Shown in pieces: positions 1 through 9,252 of a DNA stretch of 64,000 nucleotides. Below the pieces are notes generated by a model. That model worked only from the letters and a program-made list of their open reading frames with translations, was not told where the DNA came from and searched no databases. The translations under genes and the position numbers were made by a program. The stretch is from IMG/VR virus record IMGVR_UViG_3300043788_000134, positions 1 to 64,000 of that record; one strand, 5' to 3'. Position 1 is the first letter of the stretch, and every line of letters begins with the position of its first letter. Source of the stretch: a virus.

Positions 1-1
1 T

Positions 2-304
2 GTAGCGCCGCGATTCGTTCTGCATTCCGTAATTCAGAACTACGGAAGCGTCCAAGATCATTACCGTCTGCGGTGTTACCGTGTAGGTCGCCTGTCCGCT
101 GACCAGCGTCGTTTGCGTTCTAACCACTTCCCATAGATTCGGAGTAAAATTGGATAGCTTTACCAACATCAAATTAAATTCTCGCCGCGCGGTAAGCATA
201 TGCTCTTGACGCAATTCAGGCGCGCGGATTTGGTCTCGCTCATAAGCAGCGAGCACAATTTCCCCGTTGGATGGTACGAATGAGTAGGTGCCGCTGCTCG
301 TCAT
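2..304 (-). CDS. virion (tail-associated?) protein, N-terminal fragment; ORF continues past left edge
   Basis: ATG at 304 with GGAG upstream. Open frame MTSSGTYSFVPSNGEIVLAAYERDQ... runs to position 2. Same strand and operon as the fibre-like genes. Confidence 0.45.
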   Translation of the reverse strand, partial: MTSSGTYSFVPSNGEIVLAAYERDQIRAPELRQEHMLTARREFNLMLVKLSNFTPNLWEVVRTQTTLVSGQATYTVTPQTVMILDASVVLNYGMQNESRRY

Positions 305-398
305 TCATCCGACTCCGCTTCTATCCTACCGCAAATAACCCACCCACACAACGTTATTGTGGTTCGCCTGGTATGCCGCGGTGCAGGTAGCGTCGTAG

Positions 399-3023
399 CT
401 ACGCCGCCTTCCCTATCTGCCCGAGCGGGATGTCGTCCTTGTCGTTGGCCGGTGCGCCGCGGTGCAGGTCGCCTTGTAGCAGGAATCCGGCATTGAAAGC
501 CGCTATCGCAATCCATTGAGGCGAGCCGGGATCGGTGGCCGAATTGGTGGCTCCGTAAATGTCCGGTTGCCACACGCCCCATGATCCTGTCGCCAATTGG
601 AACATTGACGGGAACTCGCCGCCGTTAGCCACGATGTTATCATAGATTTGCAGGTTTTGTGTCCCAACGGCTTGCGAAGAATAAGACGCCGAACGGATTG
701 CATTAACATAGGTTTTCGAGCCGTCGTAATCGAGCGTCGCACTAGAGAAAGTTTGGAATGCGGAGCAATTGAGATTTATGGTGATGCTGTTGGTGGATGC
801 TGACTGTACGGTGTAGGTATTGCCGGACCCGACGATTGATGACCACGCCGTGCCGCTGCCGGTTCCTGCTGCTGCCGACAAGTAGATTGTTTGCCCGGCA
901 ACGCCACCGGCGCCGTTCCCTGCGGCGGTCCCCATAATGCAATTGGCACCGCTCGCCGTGGCGCTCGTAATCGCCACCGTTACATCACCATTGAGGTAAG
1001 GCGTGCCACCGAGATTGAAGCCGCCTTCGTAGGGGTCCACCTGCGAAAGCCCATAATTCCCAAGCCACGCGACGACATTTGCAGTAGGGGCGCTATAAGA
1101 CGCACTATTATAGCCGACATAGGTGTTCATCGTCGCGGTCAATGGCGATACCGAATAATTGTAGGCGTCTGCTACCTCCGCTTGCGTTCCTTGGTGCGTT
1201 GGCGACCAATAATTCGCCAGCGTCGAACCCGTGACCCAATTCAATGCCGCGCTCTTTGTGTAGCCAGATTGCGCTGGCGCAGACTGAGCCAAATAACTTG
1301 TGGACGCCAAGCTGGCGTCGAAGATCGTTGGCTGGCCGCTTGTGGCGTAGGCCGTCTGGATGGCGTCAATGACCTTGTATTTCGTGGCGCTATAGCCGCC
1401 GTAAGCCGCCGCGACATCCTGGCCAACCGTCGAATTGTATTTGCCCTCTTCCTCCGTAATATCGCCCTGCGATCCGCAGTGGATGTTCGCTGTCACGCCC
1501 CAATTAAAATACGACTTGGCCGATAGGTAGCAGGTCAGCAGGGAACTGAAATTCCACGGCTCATCTGCCGGTTCATAACGCGCCACCATCCATGACGGCT
1601 GATTTGCGACAACGTAAGCGGCAAGCTGCTTTGTAAAGTCCGTCATCGGGTCGAGCGAAAGATACGGCAGCACAAACCATGGATGCAGGTGCATTTCTTG
1701 GGTAAATTGCAGAAATACTTCCGGCGGCATTCCGCAATTGACGCCTTCGAAAGCATCGCTGCCGGTCGCGCCTTGCATGATCCATTCGTTAAGACCGGCA
1801 TCGTACATGAAAAGGCCGGTCGCGCCCGTGGCCGTTTGCGATGGAGTTTCCGCTCCGACTCCCGTGACCGTCACTGCCCCGCTTCCGTTGACGTTCAGCG
1901 TTATCGTCGTGTTGGTCGAACCGCCTCCGGTCGGAATTGTGGCGATGACCAACTGCTTGTCGACCGGCCCACCCGTATAGCCGCCATTGACGTTATTCAC
2001 GTATGTCGACGGCAGCGTGATCGAGTAATCGTTGGAACTGCCGTTGAGCGTGTAGGTCAACGTCCCGGCATAGAGACTCGGCCGCATTTCCGTGCCGCCC
2101 CACGACACATAATGCGGAGACAGGCGGGTATTCCAGGTCGTGCAGTTCTGATTATTGGCGTTGACCCAATTCAGATCGCGATAGACACCAAAGCCACCTG
2201 ATGAAACGCGCGACCTGAAAAGCGTTCCCCAGATTTCGCCGCCGGCATAGAGCGTGGCATCATTGATGTGGTAGAAGCCAAGATTACCGACAGTCTGTGG
2301 ATTGGTGCCGTCGATATAGACCCACCATTCTACATAGGGGTTCGTTTCGTCGGCACCGACAGGCTGGAATACGTAGAGGCCGCCCCCCTGTAACGATTGC
2401 GAGGGCACTGTCTGATTTATATTTACGCTATAAGTGCCGACGCCCCCACTGCCGCTGCCCAGCGCCGTGATAATCGTGGGCGCGTCGGATAAAACGCTGA
2501 CGGCAGCAGGCGAAATCGGCTCGCCGACTTGCAGGGCACAGCCTGTTCCGGTCGGCGCAACTGTAACGGTGAGCGTCTTGCCCGAAATTGACCCAGTAAA
2601 TGCAGAGCACCCGGTGTTATCACATGCGCCGCTGCTATAGCTGCCGGTGCAGCTTACCTCGGTTGTCGTCGTTCCATAGAGTTGATAGAAAACATGGATT
2701 TTAGCTTGCCCGGTCCAGCTAATGACCTGTTCGCCGGGGCGCTCCGTCTGGCCCGGCGCAAAAATCAGCCATCCGCCGCCCTGACTTGTTCCTGGGTATC
2801 CGTATGAATTAAGCGACGCCGGCGGCGGGTTGCCACCGGAGAAAAGCTGAATAGCGCCCCCGGTTTTCATGAGATTGATTGTCGCGTAATCGAGGCCGCC
2901 GCCCAGGAAAGACGATTGCCCCTGCGACTTGCCGCCATTAAATCCGGGAACGTAGAACTGCCCCATCATCTGAGCGTGAACCGGGGACAGCAAAAGTGCG
3001 GATGCGAGAACGAGCCACCGCAT
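399..3023 (-). CDS. large beta-rich fibre-like/secreted protein (874 aa), possible glycanase core
   Basis: ORF track. N-terminal Sec-like signal MRWLVLASALLLSPVHAQ. G/T/S/N-rich. The YEPADEPWNF segment weakly resembles a TIM-barrel glycosidase motif. Confidence 0.6.
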   Translation of the reverse strand: MRWLVLASALLLSPVHAQMMGQFYVPGFNGGKSQGQSSFLGGGLDYATINLMKTGGAIQLFSGGNPPPASLNSYGYPGTSQGGGWLIFAPGQTERPGEQVISWTGQAKIHVFYQLYGTTTTEVSCTGSYSSGACDNTGCSAFTGSISGKTLTVTVAPTGTGCALQVGEPISPAAVSVLSDAPTIITALGSGSGGVGTYSVNINQTVPSQSLQGGGLYVFQPVGADETNPYVEWWVYIDGTNPQTVGNLGFYHINDATLYAGGEIWGTLFRSRVSSGGFGVYRDLNWVNANNQNCTTWNTRLSPHYVSWGGTEMRPSLYAGTLTYTLNGSSNDYSITLPSTYVNNVNGGYTGGPVDKQLVIATIPTGGGSTNTTITLNVNGSGAVTVTGVGAETPSQTATGATGLFMYDAGLNEWIMQGATGSDAFEGVNCGMPPEVFLQFTQEMHLHPWFVLPYLSLDPMTDFTKQLAAYVVANQPSWMVARYEPADEPWNFSSLLTCYLSAKSYFNWGVTANIHCGSQGDITEEEGKYNSTVGQDVAAAYGGYSATKYKVIDAIQTAYATSGQPTIFDASLASTSYLAQSAPAQSGYTKSAALNWVTGSTLANYWSPTHQGTQAEVADAYNYSVSPLTATMNTYVGYNSASYSAPTANVVAWLGNYGLSQVDPYEGGFNLGGTPYLNGDVTVAITSATASGANCIMGTAAGNGAGGVAGQTIYLSAAAGTGSGTAWSSIVGSGNTYTVQSASTNSITINLNCSAFQTFSSATLDYDGSKTYVNAIRSASYSSQAVGTQNLQIYDNIVANGGEFPSMFQLATGSWGVWQPDIYGATNSATDPGSPQWIAIAAFNAGFLLQGDLHRGAPANDKDDIPLGQIGKAA

Positions 3024-3934
3024 TAGAAATTCCAGCCATTCGTCGCGCTGTGCATGTTCGAATTAAGAGACGAATATCCACTAGAGTAAAGGTTTGCCGG
3101 CACGATACCGCCCTCGCAAAAATTACCCACCAACCCTAAGTTTGCGCTGGTGTCATTCATTAGATACAACAAGCCAGCTAAAGCCGACGAGCCGGGTGTT
3201 CCGGTTGTGGCGGTTCCGTCAACTATCAGCGCGGCATTCGACGAGGCAACCGCCCCAATCAAAGCGTGAAATGCCGCGTCGGTCGCCGTCGCAAGCAACG
3301 AACTACTGCCACCATTAAGTGACGCAGTATTCGCCGCGTTACTGAAAGCCAATCTAGTCCCGTTTGTCGCACTATAAAAAATTCGGCTGACGACGCTCGT
3401 GCCGGAAGTTCTCTCTGCGACCGACATAAACGTATAGGGCGCACTCAAAGCCAAGGCATTAGCGGTCGCATACAAAAATGTGACACCATTAGAATTTCCG
3501 CACGGCCAACCATTCAACGAATTGGCTGTCCATACTATCCTATCTGCGTCTGTTGCCTGCGTCAGATCGCACGCCGTACTCCCTGCACACGCTAAATTGC
3601 CGGTCTGATCGTAAAAGGTAACGTATTTGCATGTCGCCCCTATGCAAAAAGTTGCGGGGGTTACTGTATCAGGCAATCCATTCGATAATGTATTGATGTC
3701 TGTTTGGAGGGTCGTCGTTTCATTTATTAAACGATAGGCTTTATTGCCCGCCTTAGCCGCGCTATAGGCCCGCGCAGAGTAAAACGTAGCGAAGCTAAAA
3801 AGATTACCCGGACCTTGATAGGTCGCTCGCGGTCCCCCAAAATTCACAATCGGCATCAGCATCTGCGCGCTGGCTTGCCATGCGCCGAACAGCGCAGCGC
3901 AGATAAAGAGCCACGTCAGGAACAACCTGCGCAT
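3023..3934 (-). CDS. fibre-like protein with signal peptide
   Basis: ORF 3023-4006. Likely start is ATG 3934, 2 nt after the upstream stop, giving MRRLFLTWLFICAALFGAWQASAQ. G/T/S/A/N-rich. Confidence 0.6.
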   Translation of the reverse strand: MRRLFLTWLFICAALFGAWQASAQMLMPIVNFGGPRATYQGPGNLFSFATFYSARAYSAAKAGNKAYRLINETTTLQTDINTLSNGLPDTVTPATFCIGATCKYVTFYDQTGNLACAGSTACDLTQATDADRIVWTANSLNGWPCGNSNGVTFLYATANALALSAPYTFMSVAERTSGTSVVSRIFYSATNGTRLAFSNAANTASLNGGSSSLLATATDAAFHALIGAVASSNAALIVDGTATTGTPGSSALAGLLYLMNDTSANLGLVGNFCEGGIVPANLYSSGYSSLNSNMHSATNGWNF

Positions 3935-3936
3935 GG

Positions 3937-4770
3937 CTAACTTGCCGTCCATGTGCCTACATAGGTCGGCGTCAGATAGTGCGTCGCATCGCGCCCGACG
4001 ATGCACGCCATATCCGCCGCGGCGCCTCCGCTCGACAGCGTTCCGGTTCCGGCCGTTCCATAAGCCGTTCGCGCCGGCCCTTCGTATCGCGCGCTAGAGC
4101 CCAATGCCCCGAGCGTGATGACCGTGCTCACGTTGTCGTCGTTCATGACGCAAAACTGATAGCCCGGAGCCGGAACCGGCGGGGTCACCGTGCAAGTGGA
4201 AGTGCAGATGAAGTACCCCGCATAGGGTGTAAACGTGTTGCCGGTGCTCGATCCAGTCTGAAACGAGACCGCGCCTGTTGCTCCGGTCCAATGATAATTG
4301 GTGCCGTCCGACTGGAATGAGAACGTCCCGCCGGGACCGATGTTGAATGCAGAGAAGCCGCCGAGCGTATCGGTCGTAATCGCAACGGCGACGTTTAAGC
4401 CCGATTCGTTAGTGACCGTTCCGTAAGCGCCGCTGCCAAAACCGGATGTAGAAGTGGCCGGGATCGTCAGCGTGCCGGAATAGCCGGACTTGAGAACGAG
4501 ATTCGTGCAAAGGTCGGAAGCTGCGACCGTATAGCCGCCGGACGACGATGGCGAATTGGCGCTTTCGACAAGCTGCGTCGAGATCGTCCCGCTCGTCGTA
4601 ATCGTTCCGCCGGTCGCCTGACAGCCGGTGGCGATGGAGGTGACGGTGCCGGAGCCGCCTCCCGCGTTTGGATTGGTATTATTCCCCGGTGGTACGCTAC
4701 CTTGGCCAATAGCCGCATAATTCCATAATAGAATTAGCGCCGCCGCAGTAATCCGCCCCAGCCTTCTCAT
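3937..4770 (-). CDS. fibre-like protein with signal peptide
   Basis: ORF track. MRRLGRITAAALILLWNYAAIGQG signal-like N-terminus. G/T/S-rich beta-type composition. Confidence 0.6.
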   Translation of the reverse strand: MRRLGRITAAALILLWNYAAIGQGSVPPGNNTNPNAGGGSGTVTSIATGCQATGGTITTSGTISTQLVESANSPSSSGGYTVAASDLCTNLVLKSGYSGTLTIPATSTSGFGSGAYGTVTNESGLNVAVAITTDTLGGFSAFNIGPGGTFSFQSDGTNYHWTGATGAVSFQTGSSTGNTFTPYAGYFICTSTCTVTPPVPAPGYQFCVMNDDNVSTVITLGALGSSARYEGPARTAYGTAGTGTLSSGGAAADMACIVGRDATHYLTPTYVGTWTAS

Positions 4771-5466
4771 CTAGGCCCCCGCGATGCCAGCCTGGATGCC
4801 GGTCGCCGACACCAAGCCAGTTCCGGCCGAGATATAAAGCCGCCAGGCCGTCAGCGGGTCATTAGAGAAACCATCAATCGAGGTTGTAGCGTTGACGATA
4901 GTCGGATGACTGAATGGCTGAGGATAGGCCACACCGACAGGCAACTTATTCGGATCGTCGTAGGTGTATTGGATCGTCCAAGTCGCTGCCCCGGAGCGCA
5001 ACACTGTAGCGTAGGAGATATTAGACGGCGTGTTATGCCAGTTGACGATATTCCACAACGACGACCCAACGCCATTAGTGCCGGCACTGACCGTGGAGGC
5101 CGTGGTCGCCAAGCTCTGCGCCACGGACGATGCGGACGGCTGAATCGAGATGATGGTACGATAATCCAAGTTCGATTGCACCGTCGAACCCGCCGCGCCG
5201 CCCACAAGATATTCCTGCACCGTGAAACCGGCGGCGTTCAACCCGACGATGTGATAATAAATCCCGGTGTCGCTCGATCCCGACGTGATGGTGATACGCT
5301 GCTGGATTCCGGTCGTGGCAAGAACGCCGGGGCCGAACGGCGATGACGTACCGAACGTGCCGTTCAACTGCAGAATCGTCGAAATACCAGCCGACGACGA
5401 CGCCAGCGAAAGCGAGGTCGTACCGACGGTACTGGAAAGCTGATAGTTGACGACGACCGGAATCAT
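4771..5466 (-). CDS. virion structural protein (unknown role)
   Basis: ORF track, 231 aa, S/T/G-rich. Its stop directly abuts the next start at 4770. Confidence 0.55.
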   Translation of the reverse strand: MIPVVVNYQLSSTVGTTSLSLASSSAGISTILQLNGTFGTSSPFGPGVLATTGIQQRITITSGSSDTGIYYHIVGLNAAGFTVQEYLVGGAAGSTVQSNLDYRTIISIQPSASSVAQSLATTASTVSAGTNGVGSSLWNIVNWHNTPSNISYATVLRSGAATWTIQYTYDDPNKLPVGVAYPQPFSHPTIVNATTSIDGFSNDPLTAWRLYISAGTGLVSATGIQAGIAGA

Positions 5467-5478
5467 GCGCGGGTCCCT

Positions 5479-5742
5479 TTAGTGCCGGCGCGCTCTGTCC
5501 GCCCGATGCTTGACCGCGCCGCCGTCCATTTTCATACGCGATTCGTCGTGTTGCTTGATGCCTGGAAACTTCTTGTGCACCTTGGCGCGAATCTTTGCCT
5601 TCAAAGCTGACGAAGCGTGCTGACTTGCTCTTGCCAAGGCATTACGGGCGTGACTTGCGTCGGGGATCGGATAGGATCGGTCAGGGCCGGCAAAGGTTGA
5701 GGCCGGCAGCGAATTCCGATGTTTTGCCGTAAGCTTCGCCAT
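5479..5742 (-). CDS. small conserved phage protein with basic GGAVKHRADR tail
   Basis: ORF track. GGAG upstream of the ATG. N-terminal ...SYPIPDASHARNALARASQ... motif. C-terminus shares the GG-basic motif with 5813-6160 and 19912-20712. Confidence 0.55.
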   Translation of the reverse strand: MAKLTAKHRNSLPASTFAGPDRSYPIPDASHARNALARASQHASSALKAKIRAKVHKKFPGIKQHDESRMKMDGGAVKHRADRARRH

Positions 5743-5766
5743 TGTTTTAGCGTCTCCAGATGGAAC

Positions 5767-5812
5767 GGTGACCGATAGTCCTCACAGCACCGCTCCGCTC
5801 TCATGACCCAAC
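5767..5812 (+). repeat. TGACC-box intergenic element, class B1
   Basis: GGTGACCGATAGTCCTCACAGCACCGCTCCGCTCTCATGACCCAAC. Its CCAAC end abuts the stop of 5813-6160. Antisense to the local genes. Confidence 0.85.
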
Positions 5813-6160
5813 CTATTCCGGCGAAGCCCCGCCCTCTTGTTCCTTCGGCAATTTCTCCGATCCTTTTTGCGGCGTGAACGCACTCGACATCGGGTTGCGA
5901 TCCGATCCGACGCGCCCACCGGATTTCCGCGCCGGACGATCCATCCGCGGCTTCACAGCGCCGCCGGTCATGAGACCCAACACCTTGCCGCCCGCAGCGC
6001 GCCTGTGATGCTTCGCCCGGCCGCCGCGCTTTTTCTCGTCACCCTTGGCGTAATCCTCCTCGCCCTTGGCTTCCTTCAAAACGTCGGGATTGCCCTCGGC
6101 GACCAATTCGGTGCGGCCGCCAGAGGCCTTCTTGTGGTGATGTCCCTTGTGGCCTTTCAT
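5813..6160 (-). CDS. highly basic GG-motif protein (virion-internal/DNA-associated?)
   Basis: ORF 5813-6244. Start ATG 6160 has AGGAGG upstream. Sequence MKGHKGHHHKK...RGGRAKHH...GGAVKPRMDRPARKSGGR. Confidence 0.6.
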   Translation of the reverse strand: MKGHKGHHHKKASGGRTELVAEGNPDVLKEAKGEEDYAKGDEKKRGGRAKHHRRAAGGKVLGLMTGGAVKPRMDRPARKSGGRVGSDRNPMSSAFTPQKGSEKLPKEQEGGASPE

Positions 6161-6174
6161 CTGAAAGCCTCCTG

Positions 6175-7470
6175 TTAGGTCGAAGATTGCGCATTGCCGA
6201 AGATCGGCACGGTATTGAGCGGCGTACCCGAAATCATGTTCCACACGCCGACGTTCGATATCACAGTCAGCCGCACAACGCCATTAGTCGTGGCGGCATT
6301 GGTGATCGGCGTTCCACCCCCGGCCGCGGATAGTTGGATCGTACCGCGCACGTCGCCCGTGGTATTGGTGGCAGGCGAACCCGTGGTGGACACTGCGGCC
6401 GTAAAGCCGACGTTGGACACGACCGCCGTTGCACCGGCATAGACCAAAACCTGCGAGGCAAAATCAGCCCGGATCGGGAAGCCAAACACATCGCCCACCC
6501 CGACCGTGACCGTCGAAGTCGTGCCAAGCACCGTGTTGCTGATCGACGAAATGTATTTGAACGCCTTCTTGCCATAAGCAATTGCCGTCGTGGTGTTCAA
6601 TTCGACCGCGATTTGTTCGGTCATAAGTTGCCGCCACACGTCGTAGCCGGTCACGAGAATTGTCGCGGTGCCGACCGAGGTCCCTGACGGCTGGACTTCA
6701 AGATAAACATTACGCGCCAAGGCTTCGGCCGGATTGTGCATCCGGTATAACCCAGCTTGGATGTTTGGATTGACCGAAACCGGCACCGGACTTTGCGGGC
6801 CATAATTTGCCGTCGGCGGATAGAGTGTCGCACCATACAAGGCCGCTTGCCCAACCGGAGCGGAAATCGCGGTCGCGGGCGCATTCGACACCGTGATCGT
6901 CGTAAAGTTGGTCGAAGAAATTCCCAGGACCTGGGTGAATAGACCGGTCGTTCCCGCGGTATTGCCGCAGTTCGCGATGTAAATCCACTGACCCAGCGTG
7001 AACTTGGTGTTGTCGTACACCTGGACGGTCGTGGAATTCGCAGTCGTGGTGGCACCGGTAAAACCAAAGTCAAGCGCGATCGGAACGGTAACGACGCTGC
7101 TCGTGCCCTGCGGCACAATCGGCACGTTCAAGGCAATCGCGCAGGCCGGCGACGAAGCATTCTGCACCGGAGCCGAAACCAGCGTCAGCAAGCCGGTCGC
7201 GGCCACGCTCGCCGCCGCGACGATGATGTTGGACGCCGTCGCCATCGGAATAGCGTCGATGGTGGGCGGCGTCGGCAAGCCCATGAACGCTGGCTGGCGC
7301 CCAGGCGCAGTGCCATCCTTGGCAAACGGGAATGCGCGGATATCCTGAAAACCCGCGCCTTGGTAGAACGCCGACGGCCCATCCAGCGGGCCGACGCTGG
7401 CGGTCGTGCCGGCATCAACCTCCAGCGCGCCCATCGCGCTCAGGGGACCGCGGAAGTTTGAATCAGCCAT
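6175..7470 (-). CDS. virion structural protein (431 aa; capsid-associated by position)
   Basis: ORF track. Lies directly downstream of the capsid candidate. A/T/G/V-rich. Confidence 0.6.
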   Translation of the reverse strand: MADSNFRGPLSAMGALEVDAGTTASVGPLDGPSAFYQGAGFQDIRAFPFAKDGTAPGRQPAFMGLPTPPTIDAIPMATASNIIVAAASVAATGLLTLVSAPVQNASSPACAIALNVPIVPQGTSSVVTVPIALDFGFTGATTTANSTTVQVYDNTKFTLGQWIYIANCGNTAGTTGLFTQVLGISSTNFTTITVSNAPATAISAPVGQAALYGATLYPPTANYGPQSPVPVSVNPNIQAGLYRMHNPAEALARNVYLEVQPSGTSVGTATILVTGYDVWRQLMTEQIAVELNTTTAIAYGKKAFKYISSISNTVLGTTSTVTVGVGDVFGFPIRADFASQVLVYAGATAVVSNVGFTAAVSTTGSPATNTTGDVRGTIQLSAAGGGTPITNAATTNGVVRLTVISNVGVWNMISGTPLNTVPIFGNAQSST

Positions 7471-7508
7471 CGCTCAAGCTCCGTTTGATGTGTTGCTGCG
7501 CATGAGCT

Positions 7509-8423
7509 TTACGATGTTGGAAATTCGCCCCACGCCGCGCGAGGGTCGTTATATCCGAATGAATAGCGCTCGTAAGCTTTCACGAGGAGGTTGTCGGTGA
7601 TGTTGTCTACCCACATATCGCTTTCATACGGGATACGCATCATGTGAATCAGCCCCTCGATATTCGTGGTCAGGAACCACGCGAAGTTCGAGGTCAAGAA
7701 GTCAAGCACGATATGCCCTTCCGGCAGGCCGCCGCTCAAGGTCAAGATCGCGTTCACGTCGTTGTCCGCAGTGCCGGGCCGCAGTTCGGTTTTGGTCAGG
7801 CGGATCGCGATGGCTTCCAGGTTCGGCGGCACGACGAGCCGGCGGGCGCGAGACATGATGCGCAGCCCGCGTTCATTGACGAACTGGGTGCGGACGTTGG
7901 TCATGTCAGCGAGCAGCGTCGATTCGTTCAGGCTTTTCGGCGTCGATGACGTATTGGCCCAGGTGCCACCGTCGAATGGATGCGCGGTGGAAAACAGCGA
8001 CACGCCGTCGCCAATGATCGAGGAATTGTACACGTTGCCGAGATTGAGGATATTGGCGCCCTGGATTTCCTTGAACTGGGCGAACGCTTCCTGCAGTTTC
8101 AGATTGGTTGGATTGAACTGCGCCTTGTAGAGATTGTCGTCGATCATCTTGCGGGTGACGGCGTAACCCAGCGCGACTTCGATATGCACGAACGCCCAGG
8201 TCCAGCGTTCGCCGGGGTTGTTGTCGAACTGGGTGGCGGCGCCTTCGTCTTTCAAAAACGGCAGCGCGACAAACGCCATCTGGGTCGAGCGTTCCACCGC
8301 CATGTTGGACTTGTGGGTGGTGAACACTTTGTCCCATTGTCTCGGAATCATTTCGTATGAGCCGCGGACATCGAACAGTCCCGGCAGGAGTTCCGAACGA
8401 ATATTTGCTAATGCGACGGGCAT
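7509..8423 (-). CDS. major capsid protein candidate
   Basis: ORF track, 304 aa. Size and position in the head module fit, and the sequence looks like tailed-phage major capsid families from memory. No search was run. Confidence 0.55.
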   Translation of the reverse strand: MPVALANIRSELLPGLFDVRGSYEMIPRQWDKVFTTHKSNMAVERSTQMAFVALPFLKDEGAATQFDNNPGERWTWAFVHIEVALGYAVTRKMIDDNLYKAQFNPTNLKLQEAFAQFKEIQGANILNLGNVYNSSIIGDGVSLFSTAHPFDGGTWANTSSTPKSLNESTLLADMTNVRTQFVNERGLRIMSRARRLVVPPNLEAIAIRLTKTELRPGTADNDVNAILTLSGGLPEGHIVLDFLTSNFAWFLTTNIEGLIHMMRIPYESDMWVDNITDNLLVKAYERYSFGYNDPRAAWGEFPTS

Positions 8424-8437
8424 TGTTCTCTAGCTCC

Positions 8438-9040
8438 TTACAGGCCGGAACGAAGGATTTGATTGTTGAAGCGGACAATGACCCAGTTGTAGTTCGTCGT
8501 CGGGTCGGAACCGTTGCCGACGCCGGGGAACAGCGAATAGACCACGAAGGGCAAGCCGGAGGCCGTGGTGCCCGTGGTCGTGGCGATGGTCGATTGATCG
8601 ACCGTCATTACCGAATAGCCTTGGCCGGTCTGTGACGCGGTAAAGCCGCCCGTGGTGTAGTTGATGAAATTCCCGATGTTCGACGAGACGATGGCGGTGG
8701 CCAGCGTTGCGACCTTGAACAACGCGCCGGGCGAATCGATCACGTAGGCGGTGGCGTCCTGGGCTGCGGCGTTGCCGGGCCAGAACGGCGACCATTGCGG
8801 GGTTTGGCCCGACAGCTGATAAACGCAACCGACGAAGATGCCCTCGATCGGAAGCGTGGTCGATGAATTGCCCTGGATGATATAAGCCGACGTGGCGTTG
8901 GCGCGCTGCACGACATCGCCGAATTGGATGGCCGTCGTATTGCTTTTGAGGATGCCGCGCGTCGATTGCTGATAGTCGGCCATAAAGCCGGGGAGGTAGC
9001 CCCAATGTTCAAAGCCGAACTGTGATTGAGTATTTGCCAC
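8438..9040 (-). CDS. capsid-module structural protein (decoration/second capsid protein?)
   Basis: ORF track, 200 aa. GTG start with GGAG upstream. Immediately upstream of the capsid candidate. Confidence 0.55.
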   Translation of the reverse strand: MANTQSQFGFEHWGYLPGFMADYQQSTRGILKSNTTAIQFGDVVQRANATSAYIIQGNSSTTLPIEGIFVGCVYQLSGQTPQWSPFWPGNAAAQDATAYVIDSPGALFKVATLATAIVSSNIGNFINYTTGGFTASQTGQGYSVMTVDQSTIATTTGTTASGLPFVVYSLFPGVGNGSDPTTNYNWVIVRFNNQILRSGL

Positions 9041-9144
9041 GGCAAACTCCGAGCGGGGTTTTTATGACCCGACCCGGCAGGCGCTGCCAAGGCATCGAGG
9101 GGGTGGAATCGAACCGGCGCGGCTCGATCAGATAATGATGGATG

Positions 9145-9171
9145 AAGATATTATTTGCGGGCGAGTGTCAA
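9145..9171 (-). promoter_or_regulatory. sigma70-like promoter candidate (TTGACA-N15-TATCTT)
   Basis: Minus strand reads cTTGACActcgcccgcaaataaTATCTTc. It sits between element 9202-9251 and the start at 9040. The spacer is short. Confidence 0.3.
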
Positions 9172-9201
9172 GCGGGTTGTGGATAAGTTTTTTGGATCAC
9201 G

Positions 9202-9251
9202 CTTTGGGTCACGAGAGGGCCTTCGTGGAAGCAGCACCGGATTCGGTCAAC
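9202..9251 (-). repeat. TGACC-box intergenic element, class B2
   Basis: Reverse complement is GTTGACCGAATCCGGTGCTGCTTCCACGAAGGCCCTCTCGTGACCCAAAG. An extra partial terminal motif tttggatcacg lies at 9191-9201. Sense to 8438-9040. Confidence 0.85.
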
Positions 9252-9252
9252 G

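Noticed and set aside
399-4770. A diversity-generating retroelement or phase-variable fibre locus.
   Set aside because: No reverse transcriptase gene is present in the window. I saw no template/variable repeat pair and no inverted repeats or invertase next to the fibre-like genes.
9095-9127. A tRNA-like T-arm/acceptor fragment (minus strand TCGAGCCGCGCCGGTTCGATTCCACCCCCTCGA) could be a tRNA gene or an attP core.
   Set aside because: No D or anticodon arms are present, the T-stem has two mismatches, and the implied acceptor would start with U. It sits in the capsid operon leader, far from the integrase. It is probably a chance GGTTCGATTCC-like hairpin or an old remnant.
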